Source: Camelus ferus
Lineage: Eukaryota
Assembly: GCF_009834535.1 (NCBI RefSeq)
Contig: NC_045696.1
Coordinates: forward strand, 25,918,001 to 25,982,000
Direction: 5' to 3'
Length of the DNA: 64,000 nucleotides
Shown here: positions 13,101 to 24,500 of the stretch, one piece after another
Position numbering within the stretch: the stretch's first letter is position 1
Layout of the letters: each line of letters begins with the position of its first letter
Notes under the pieces: model-generated
The model's input: the letters and a program-made list of their open reading frames with translations, nothing else
What the model was told of the DNA's origin: nothing
Database searches by the model: none
Translations under genes and position numbers: made by a program

Positions 13101-14271
13101 CACTATGAACCATAAGGAGTGTGGGGCTATTGGAAAAGTGAAAAATTGAACATTTGAATAAAATGAATTGGACCAGCATTTGAAACTCTACTATATAGCA
13201 AATGGACAAGCTGATATTTAGTTCTATGGATTGTTAACATTCACATAAAACAGAATTATTTAGCATTTACTGAATCCTTTTTGATAATCAATTTGGGATC
13301 AAATGCAAAAGAACATGTGTCTGGCTTTGTATGACCCCGAATTCTTCCGTTTTTCCTTTGAGCAGATGACATGCCTTCTTTGCTGACTGATATTGGTTGC
13401 TAGGAGAAGTGCACTGGTCTGGTCCCCTCTTCTCCAGCAGTAAAACTAAAGAGTGAATTGAGTAAGAGAAAGAGAGGCAGAACACAGTACAGACCATGAA
13501 TCATGACTTGTCTCCAATATGTCCACTTTGCTCCCATTTCTTTTCCCTTTAAAAACTTTTGTTTTTACCAGTGATGCTTTCTTTCAGCTGCTATCTATAA
13601 TCCTTTTGGAGCCTGAGGGGAAGAGGGCTGCTAAAGGGAGGCTGTGCTGCTAAGAGTCCACTCAGAGTAATAATAAAAGCCTTGAGAGTTATTCATGGGG
13701 CCACATTAGTGAGAATGCCCTACTTGGTGAATAGCGTCAGTCAGCTGCCTTTGAAATCCAGTGATTAATACCTTCTGTTTTTAATGGGGGGGGGGAAAGG
13801 CAGACAAGAAAGGTCTTCATACTACTTTGGGTCTTTTGCAAAGTAGATCTTAATACATTGTCGAAGCTTTTGAGAAAGAAGTTGCTAAAATTTCAATACC
13901 TGTAGTAGCTTTTTAAAAAAAACAGTGTTTTGTGAACTGTTAATTGTTGCTACTGTTGGATAAAATTGAAATAGTAAAAGTATCCCAAATGAACACATTA
14001 AAAAAATCAGTTAGCCATTCTTATATTTTGGCAGTGGTTGTGAGGAATATCAAACTAATAACATGATGTTATTGATTATATTCAAAATGTGGTCTATGCT
14101 CATCTACTTCACAGCATCCAAATCACATTTTTGTTTGTTTGATAAACTAATTACAATACTCTTGAGATTTTAGAGAAGCATCTAATGAGAAAGTGTTAAA
14201 GGTGGCAGGTGTTTGTTTCCCAAGAGCACCTGGATATAAGGGACAGTCTGTGATTTACAAAGAGGCTGTCT

Positions 14272-14274
<3 letters not shown>

Positions 14275-14324
<50 letters not shown>
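14275..14324. repeat. (TG)25 microsatellite
   Basis: Perfect dinucleotide run. Confidence 0.97.
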
Positions 14325-14328
<4 letters not shown>

Positions 14329-16299
14329 CTAGTGTAACATAAGGGATTTAGGATTTTATCATTATAATCCATCCCTGTTACCTCTCTTTATATCTTTTGA
14401 TTACATTGGGTACATAGCAAGGTTCAAATAAAATTTCTTAAGGTTTAGGAACCTTGTCAATCACCTTAGGTGCTAGATAGAAAAGCTTCTGGTTTTGGTG
14501 GCCTGTGTATGGCAACTAGAAAAATGCAAGATGATGCTTTTTTATACTGTTTTTCAGTTTGATTCTGTTGTCATCCAGGCTGTTATTATTTAGATGGTAA
14601 TTTAAGCCAAGCCTTCCTTTTAAATTATTTTCATTCTTCTGTTCATTTTACATTTTAAATTTATTTTAGTTGTAGCAGCTTAGTCTGGTTCTTCTCTATG
14701 TACTCACATTCATTAAAAAGCCTTTAGTGTAGTTTGAATATGAGAACAAACAACATTTAAACGACTCTGTGTGATGCTTCCGTAACCTGTTTTTCACTCT
14801 GTGGAAGTGAAATATCTTGTTAAGAGGTGGTAATACCCAAGGGCAATCAGAGATGAAAATGTAACGATTTGGTGTGTGATGTCTAGAGATCAGCTTCAAC
14901 TGAGGTCTGATTTAACATCTTTATTAGTGATGTAAAGGAGAGAACAACATGATAAAATTACATACCCCAACATTAGAAAGCTATCAGAAACTTCTTCCCT
15001 CACCACATCCCCATACCTCATGAACATAGAAATGATTTAGAAAACTTTAGGCAGCAAACATTCTTAGCAGATTAAGAACTAATGCTTTATTTGGTATATA
15101 AATGTAAAGTAATTCTTCAGGGAAATAATCAGAAATCTAGATATCTAACTAGGGGGAGAAGCCAGCAAAGCAATAAAACTGAAAGGGCCCAGGGGATAAA
15201 TGAGAGTAGGGGCAAGGAGAAAATGCGATTCAGATTAGGAGTGTTATGTCCCAGTTTTAAAGGTCATGAGATTATAGTGCCCATTTACGGAGTATTGCAT
15301 CACTGGCTGTGGAGATTCTCTTTCAATGAACGTGGCTTAAGTGCAATTGAAATACTTCTTTCATTTTGCACTTCATTGGCAGAACGTGAGAGTGGGAGAG
15401 AGATTTTGGCAGAATAAAAGCTGGAGTGAGTACAAAGACAGATTCTTTTAGAAGATGTCTGTCCACTTAAAACTAGAGAAGGATGTACTTATTATCTCTC
15501 TATATCCTGATCTATGCAGTTGAGAAACAGTATTAAGATGGATCCTATTAAACCTTTTTAAATATTGAGAGAAAGGATTGGCAAAATGTAACCATGTTTA
15601 AAATGTTTCACTAACCACTTTTTATAACTAAATCAGAAAACCTTGCAAGCAATGAGTTATGTTTATGGGGAAAATACTCATACTTTAAAATTATTGTTGA
15701 CTTAAATTGTAGGAGATGCTAAATACAAAGTTGCATTGTATTTCAAAGGAAAGATAATAAACAATGAATCCACTATGGAAATAGACAAGAATTGTGATCA
15801 GACTTATTGGTTGAACAGAATCCAGCATGTAATCCTCTTACTACTTTCCGCATTAGTGCGGTCTTATTAAACATGCACCTTTGGGGCTATACAATTCAAG
15901 AGAAATGTGAAATATTTGATAGTCTCTGTTCTATAGAGAGGTGCAAAATGACAACAGGAGTGGAAAATAATACCTAAGTTTGGCTTCGTGAGTTGGAGTT
16001 CTTTGTATTTTTCTTTTGGTCTCATTACTTTGAATATATTATGAGGGGGAAGAATAATATCCTGTCATTAGATTTTTAAAAATCACCTTTCTTGATTTCA
16101 AACATTTTCATTTGTTTGAGAAGCATCACATACAAGCTAGTGCCTGAGCCTTGGTGGTTATTTTATATCATTAGTGATAAGCCCAGGAGAACAGAAAGAA
16201 TGCAGAATTGACTGCCAAGGCTCATCAGAGCCATCCTGTTCTCACAGTCTCCTGGCACCTGTGTTAGGAAAGGGATCATCATACTGTGAACTGGGTGCC

Positions 16300-16612
16300 T
16301 CAGAACTTCGAGGGCCACAGGTAGTAACAATTTTGGCTCTGCTGACTATGAGTCCTCTTCTGTCACAATTTCTCATCTCTGCTTTTATAGGGAGGTGGCC
16401 ATAGACAAGCTGTAAATGAACGGCAGACTTGTGTTCCAGTAAAACTTTATGGACACTGAAATTTTAATTTTTTAATGATTTTCTTATGTCACAAAATATC
16501 ATTTTTCTTTTGACTTTTTTTCCTGTGATTTAAAAATGAAAAAAAAAAAAATCTTACCCATGGATCATAGAGATGGGCCATATTTGGCCTGAGGGTTATA
16601 GTTTGCTGCCGA
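16300..16612. mobile_element. MER58-like hAT-Charlie DNA transposon remnant
   Basis: gccatagacaa..taaatgaa..tgtgttccagtaaaactttatggacactgaaattt...gggccatatttggcc...atagtttgc. Confidence 0.7.
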
Positions 16613-17049
16613 ATATAAAATATACCTTTTTCATTAGAGGAGGAGAAGAAAGAACGTGCTGCGATGGAGCAAGAGGCAGATGGAGTCAGAAGATGAATTC
16701 CCGCCCCCCCCGCCCCCGCCCATATTATTTCTCCAACTTCATCAGTCCTCATGCATCCTTTCAGCAAACGTTTGGAGCGTGCCTACTATGTGCGGTTGAC
16801 TGAGTTCTTTAGATCACAAGCTGACAAACAAGATCACTGCCCTCAAGTACTGCTGCAGTTGAGATATTTGTACAGCACGCTGAGAACCTGAAAGGCTGCC
16901 TAAGGTTTTAGGAGAAAGCTTCCTTACTGATTCTACCAAATCGGTCCCCAACGAGGGTCCTTCTGCTCAGTATCACTCACAAAGATAGATGGAAACAGAG
17001 TTCGGTTCAGAGGCCAAGGAGGGCTGCACTCTGATCAGTGAACACAGAA

Positions 17050-17500
17050 GGGTATTTCGCGCTCGCTGGCGAGCGCAACCTCTGTGCCCCGCGCAGGCGC
17101 CCCAGAGGCCGTGGGCGGGGCTGCTTTACTGGGATCCGTCAGCCGGGAGGGGGTGGGGTTCCTGCTGGGCAAGCGCTTCAGGCTCCGGATGGAGCTCTGG
17201 GCGCTCCGGGCGCTCCGGGCGCTCCGGGCGCTCCCTGCGCAGCGACTCTGCGCGCGGCGCCGCCGCCGCCGCCATCTTGAGTTGCGGTGTCCGGCGCAGC
17301 TTCTACATACGGTCAGCGGCAGAGGTGTCGGCTCAGCCCTTTCTCAGGAAGAACTCCGGTCTGAGGTGGCAGGTGTGAGACCTCTGCTTGCCAGCCCTGC
17401 GAGCAAGTGAAATGAGACTAAGCGCGAAAGAAGAGGTTAGACCGTATCACCTAGATTCCCTCTTAGTTTTTACGCCGGGACCCCAGTGGGCTTTGCCGGT
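17050..17500. promoter_or_regulatory. Intronic CpG island with promoter-type motifs
   Basis: Dense CpG; NRF1-like GCGCAGGCGC 17091-17100; GC box GGGCGGGG 17113-17120; YY1 consensus CCGCCATCTTG 17269-17279. Confidence 0.7.
17199..17234. repeat. Perfect 9-bp tandem repeat (GGGCGCTCC)4
   Basis: Four exact copies at 17199, 17208, 17217 and 17226. Confidence 0.95.
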
Positions 17501-20500
17501 GACACCTTCACACCTGACAGGTAACTTGAGCAGAGTCTTAAGAAGGAAAGGAGTGTTGTGACTGACATTTGGACAAGTGGTTGTGGTGCTTGGGGATAGG
17601 GTGGAAAAGTCTAAGGCATGAGATGAATGGAATGGTGTTTCTGGTTACAATATAGGTGCAGAGAGGAGCTTCCTCACTCGGAAATGGGGTTGGCGGGTTC
17701 CCTGTGAAAGGCTCAGTCATGGAAAGAAGGCAATGAAAACTCATCTAGAGGTTTTAAAGTCGGCTAATGCTCAGAATGCAATATGTGACTTAAATGAGGG
17801 TGTTGTTAAAGGCGAAAAGACCAAAGGCAGAGAGAACCCTTCAGGGATAAAATGGTGAAGGCATAAACAAACGAATTGTCCGTAGATGTGAAACATACTA
17901 TGTTGTCAGTATATGTGTAATGGATTCAAAACTATAGTGGAGGTAGATTTGACAGATGTGGAATGGGTATAGGAGAACAAAGTAAAGAGGGAAAGTACAG
18001 GAGAAAATATTTCTAGCAGTCTAAGCAATTGGGAATTTGAGAAGATGAATCAGAATTAAGACCCCCCCAATTATATTTGTCTTAATTATCTTTCATACTG
18101 AACAAGGGAAGAGTTTTCTTCATATCCTTCCTTGCTGTTTCTCTAAATTTGAAAATGTTGGCAGTTCTTCTGCTAGGTGTGATTTCACTCTCTCTCTGTT
18201 TGGGCTGGTGTAAATTTGACCGCAGCTTTAGATTTGCAAGTAATTTAGAAGTATGACATCAACTCCTGTATGCATGCTTTCCATTGAAAATTCATAGTTC
18301 CATTTGTGTAGAGAATACAGTGTCTTCAAAATCAAGAACAAATTCACAAAGCTTTCCAAGAAATCTCTACTGTTTGTCCGTTTCTAGCAAGGACCATATT
18401 TACATCTTAGTCCATTTTATATCTGCTGAATTGCACAAAGTAGGGCTTAATTAATGTTGGACAAATTAAATTTGTCCTTCATAGGCAGCATTTTATGCAG
18501 GAACCAATGCCATCTGACTCCAAATATGTTCAATGACTTGCTTTTTTCTAGTAAAACAGGAAAGTGTTGCATGGAGTGGAGCAAGCCTGGAAGATGGCTC
18601 TTCAAACTAAATGTATATTTCCTGTACCAACTTGGTAGTGAGTAAGCTACTTGGCTGAATGATAAAGGGCCAGGGGAAATTGAATAAGTGAGATTCTCTG
18701 CTTTCTGTACAATTATGTGCTGGCTGCTTTTCCCAGTCCATAGACTTCTCTGTATTTGTTGTTACTGATGTAAGAGAGTGATAGATAAATAGAATGGACC
18801 TACTATCTCAGAAATATGAAAGTAGAAAATAAGATAGACAGTGAGATGTTGAAGGCCAATTCTGAGATTTTCTAATTGGCTTTTTTTGTCAATGTTATGT
18901 CACTGTCATGCTGTGGGGCCATATCATAGCTAACATTGAAAAGCATACGGGCATTGTACCATAACAGCACTGCACTCATTGAGAGGGAGCTAACTCTGTA
19001 CAGTTTCATCAGTTTGTTTGTGTGTGATATATATAAAAAATGTAATAATATATCAGTAATGAGATTAGAGTCCCAATGATTAAGTGCCCACTCGTTAAGT
19101 TTGGAGTTACGGTACAGGATAGGGAAGCAATCATTTGTTTTTAGAAATAACAGATACAAAAAAGTATTCACCTAGAACTCACCCTGCTATGATTTCTATA
19201 CACTACTTTTAAAGATTATTTTATTTGTAAAGATTTTCTCTTTTATCCAACTTCCACGGCCTCTTTCCGTTAACACCAAACCCTTTTGCATGTAGTATCC
19301 ATGGTTCTGTAACACAGACAGTGTAATAGTGAAAAAGATACTCCTGGTATTAGGGGTCTCTGTGTAAAATTCATTTTCCTGGTTTTGTTATTAGGCCAGT
19401 CAGTAAATTGCATATTGTATTGACGAAGTGGCTTCATTCTCATAATAGTCTGTGAACTCAGGAGGGACTAGTTTGCTGACAAGGCATATATAAATGAGTA
19501 GGACTATATAGAAAATCTCATAATGAATCTGGAATAGAAATATAGATGCTGTAAAAGAAAGTACAGTAGACTCATTGGGGGTATATATAAATTGCACCCA
19601 ATCCCAATCAATTTATTTCTGTAAATTTATATAACTGCCAGATCATTTCTTACTTTCTCCTCTCTAATTTCAAGGTTTAAAAGTACGGTCAGTTAACCAA
19701 AGGAATGTTTATATGGTGAACTTATTTTGGCAAAATTGTGGTTGTTATAACACAGCCATCCATGTAAGTAGCATGAATGCATTAAATTAAAAAGGTAAGT
19801 AGAGTAGTTGAACTGTCTGTCCTAATAAATGAGTGCACAGTACTAATAATTATATCCTTTCAGAGAGGATTTAGGACATATTTTGTGGGTATTTATCTCA
19901 CATAAAGGGGAAAGTTTCCTTCCGTGGGAAAACATTAGATCACAGGAGGCCTGAAATATTTGAGTAACAACTTTGTGAGGCCACACTCAGTCTGAACAAG
20001 TTCTAACAAGATAAAATCCCCAGAGTAAGAGGAAGGAGGATGATCACAAAGATCTACTACTGTTTCCCAGATATTTTCTATAATGTAGCTAAGACTCTCT
20101 TTGATGAAGTCATCCTTTCTCTATTCATTTGTATAAAATCTCATTCTCCCCCCACCTTTTTTCAAAGGAGGTGGTATTTAGTAACTTTGGTCGAGCTTAT
20201 AAAGACCTAATTTTGTTTGATGAGATTCACTCAAATTAGACAATACAAATAAAGATGTATATTTGTGAATGAAAGATTCTGTGACTTACTAATATCTTAA
20301 TTGAAGATGCGCTTTCATTCATCAAGAATGAATTCTCATGAAGTCTCAAGAAGACTTGAGAACTGTGTACCATTTTATTTTGGAGTGTGAGAAGTTAGTA
20401 CCTTCTCATTTCTTGAAATTATATGGGCAATTTGAAAATATTAAGGACTGAGAAATACTGGGAACTGAGTATTTAGGAAAAAATATAGTATATTTAGTAT

Positions 20501-21494
20501 AATTTCCACAGCTGGAAATATATAGGTAACTCATAGCTTAGATACAAGACATACAATTTTTTGGCAATTGCATTAAGGATTGTAGATACAGTAACATAAA
20601 AATAACTTTTTTCCAGATGTAGTGCTTAGTGTTTCTAACATGAAAAATAAAATGGTTGAGTTAAAGCCATAATCATAATTTATAACCTATGCAACATGTT
20701 TTGTAGTTTAAGGAATATACATGTTTATGTGTATATGTAATATATGTATGTACGGACATGCACATATGTGGGCACAAATATGCACACAAATGCTCACGCA
20801 TATACATATATACATACACGCATACACATATACATACATTCTTATAATGTAGTTAAAAATTTATACAACCAAGTTGAAATGCTTTGACATTTCCATCCTT
20901 TTGTCTTAGCATTCATGTGAGTTAGTTACTAGCATGCAAGCCATCCTTTCTTGCTTTGAATTTTATAGATTTAAAAAGAAAGTATGAACTTGGATTGTGA
21001 TTATGATTGAATTTTGTCAAAAGACGTGTGTATGTGTGTGTGTTGTTTTTACAATCAGAAAAAGGAATGCTTATATTTCTTGCTAATTTGCTGTTAAAAT
21101 TCTATTCCAATGCAGGGCATAAGAAATGTTTTAATGTGTTTTACTAAGCTTTCTAATATTATGTGACTAGAATAAGTGAATAAAAACCTTTGGGCATAGG
21201 TGCTTTTAGCGTAATTGCTAAAAGCTTTATTCGGTTGCCTTGAGGCAGAATTCATGAAAATTAACACTACAATACTCTAATGTTTAGATACCTGAAAGTT
21301 CCATTCAAATGTAAGTAATATTCACAATAACCTCGTTACTGTAATTTAAAAAGAGATTATTGTGTGCTATCTGATACAGCCTGCTCCCCCCCCCCCATTT
21401 TATAACATCCTTAAGAATGAATTTGCATCTCCCCTTAGGGTTAGTGAATACCTCAAGTGATACTGTTAGTACTCTTGAAAAACAAAAGGAAAAA

Positions 21495-21552
21495 AATGGA
21501 TCTGCAAAATATGGCATTAAAGGAATGGATCTGCAAAATATGGCATTAAGGG
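21495..21552. repeat. 29-bp tandem duplication
   Basis: AATGGATCTGCAAAATATGGCATTAA(A/G)GG twice (21495-21523, 21524-21552), one mismatch. Confidence 0.95.
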
Positions 21553-24500
21553 ATAAGCTATTATTTAAAAAAATTCATCTTGCCTAGTGATTTCCAAGTT
21601 TATGGCTATTATTAATTTAGGTGATAGCACAGATGCACATTTATTCATTATTTCCTTAAAAAAAATACTGGGCATTTGCATTGTGCTGGGTGCTTATGAT
21701 AGTGTGGGGGACCTTTCAGTTTAGTGGGAAAGATAGATAATTACATTGAGTATGTTTGTACTTACAATTGAATTTAAGTATTATAAAGTACAGAATGTCA
21801 CAAAGAGATGAAAAAATTTACAGAATTTAGTTTGTTGGGCTTGAAGGCCTCTTTGGGGAAGTAATATTTATGCTGAGGCCTGTGGGATTAGAGATGGGGG
21901 AGAGGGGGACTTGGGAATTGCATTTCAGACTGAGACAAGGTCCTGAAGAGGGCTGGAGAGGAGAACTTGTCAGCTTTGAAAATGTAGAAGAAAAGTCGAA
22001 GAGAAAGTTGTGAGCAAAGGAAAGGTAGAGGAAGGCTGGACTGGATGGTGCAGATTTATATGTACGTATGGATTCTAAATTTTATCCCAAGACAATAGGA
22101 AGAAAATGGGAAGGGTTGTTTTGCTCCTAAGGGGATTTCCAGGCTGGTAGAAGAGGTCCAGTGGTAAATCTGAATACAGTAGAATGTGGTTAGCTGTTAG
22201 CTTGGAGGTGGTCTCAGGAGGGTATAAAAACGCAATGAACCAAACCCATTCTGCTGTGGGGCGGGGGGGCGGCGAGGGATTTGAAAGGATTCCAAAGAGG
22301 ATACCTTGGGCTGAGTTCAGAATAAGATTCAGCTAGAAGCATTGCCCAGCCCCCATCCCAGACCAGTTGCATTAAAAAGGCTGGGAGAGCAGTCTGGGTA
22401 TCTGTTTTCTAAAAGTTCTCTCATGATTGTTGACATGCGTCTGGGATTGACAGTGAGAAGATGGTAAGGAATAACACAGGAGGAGGTTGCCAAGGAACTA
22501 GAAGATTGGAGAGACTAGAGCAAAGTGAGTGATGAGGGGATGCTTTAGAGAGATCCCTAGAAGTTTGGCCAAAATAACTAAACAAACAAGTTTCAAGCAT
22601 ATCCTGTAATCAGGGAAGCAAATAATGGCTGACAGGATCTCCTATCCCATCACTCTTTCTTTATCTCCTTTGATTATATATTATTGAATTGCGATATTTT
22701 ATGTATAAGCTTTATGAATCACACTTACGTTAGGCTACTTCATGTCAGGAGCTGTCTCCTCCTTGATATTACTTGTTGTGGGTTAGCAGAGAACGACACA
22801 TAAAAAGTGTTCAATAAATATTTGTTGAGTTAAATGAAAACGGTCCACTTCATTCTTTGTCCTTAGTTATTCTAGACTCAGCAAAAACTGCTCTTTTCCT
22901 GTGGTTTTGCTGAATTCATCAATAGTGTGTACAAATTAAAAATGATCTATTCATCATTTTATGGTGATAAACATAAACACAGTTTATATTTTCTAAATTT
23001 GGTTGGGCTATCTCCTTTCTATATTTGTGTGAATAAATCCAATTTCTCCTTTAGGAATATTCGTAATACATACTTTGTGTTGTAGTTGTTAGGTTACTTA
23101 CCTGGATGGAAGGGCAAACTTGTTTTCTTCATGTTAACTTAAAAGCCTACAGAAAAATTAATATGCTTTTATTACTACTACTGAGCTTTCTGTTATTTAC
23201 TGTCACGAAAGGAAAATGCCTGGGTTCATTTTTTTCATTAATTTTCATGGTTTTTGTTGTAACAAGTTGACTTTATTTAAAAAGTTACCTTAAAAGGAGA
23301 ATGTATTAAATTATGTCAGTTTATTCCTTTCAAAGAAAGGAGATTAAGGTATAAAGATTCATTTATAAGAGTTTGTGAAACAAAATACAAGCATATGAAA
23401 AATGTGTAGTAAAAATATTTGTATATAAATTGCAATTATATTATACATATTTTAATAAAATTAATAGTTGAATACTAGTGATATTTCAAAATATAATACA
23501 AGCATATTTCATTCCATAGTAAAAAGTATAGAATTTTGTAGCATTTTAAACATTTGGGATGTTTAAGTTCTTGAATCAGAAATATCACAGTTTATATAAT
23601 GATGATTTTTGCTTTTTCACTCAAGTATTTTGCTTTTGTCTCCTGGACAACAAGGGAGGGTAAATTATTTTCAATGATAAAATATTTTCAATAGTTATTT
23701 CCTGATATTCTCATTTCTCATTTTTCTGCAAGTTTGATGACCACTAGGGGGATATGGAAGTCTTGATAGCATTAATGCTTCCGTTAAGAAATGGGTTTCT
23801 GGAAAGGGACTAGAATTATGTGTCTCCCAGATTTGAGAGGCAGGGGTGCTCACAAAGTATTTTAATTCAATGATTTAAATGCAGTGTAGGTCTAGCTTAA
23901 TCAAAGCCACCAAATTTATTTAGGGAAAAAAAACATTTGTGAGGCTATATATAAAATAATAATAATCACAGTAATGTTTAGTAATATTATTGCACTCTTT
24001 CCCTAAGGAGCTTCAGGCACTTGGCAGTTATGTCATTAATTCTCAGAAGCTCCCTGGGAAGGAGTAGGGCAATAAATCACATGTTGAAGAGAAAATGTTA
24101 TAAACAGGATACTTAGAAATGGTTGTGTTCTTAGTATATACAGGTTGGTCAGCAAAAGTTGCAGCTCATTTTTATGGAAATACACTTACTTTTTTTCATT
24201 GTAAGAAACGAATCACCAAGCAAATACTTTCCTCAAAATTAATTGTGAAAAATAGCTCATTGTTTACCTTTGTATTTTCATTTAAACCCGATTACCTGTC
24301 ATTCCTATGACCTATTTTCAAAATTCCATTAAAGTCAGCGAGTAACAAGATTCTTAGCAATCTTTAGTCAGGTGTCATTTGACTATTGGTGATCAAGATT
24401 GAGAGCACCTTAAATGAGGAGTTTCAATCAATGGCCATCATGCATACTATTGATTAAACACTTTGTTACCTTAGCAATGGCCCAAATTTTAAACATTTCT

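Noticed and set aside
16989..17410. Plus-strand ORFs of 80-129 aa across the intronic island
   Set aside because: Open in several frames because of GC content and the 9-bp repeat; no homology recognised.
23096..23105. ACTTACCTGG, resembling the U1 snRNA 5' end or a perfect antisense donor
   Set aside because: Similarity to U1 does not continue, and no antisense exon context is visible.
23739..23756. CTCF-like CCACTAGGGGGATA
   Set aside because: Lacks the conserved C after the G run; an isolated motif cannot be supported.
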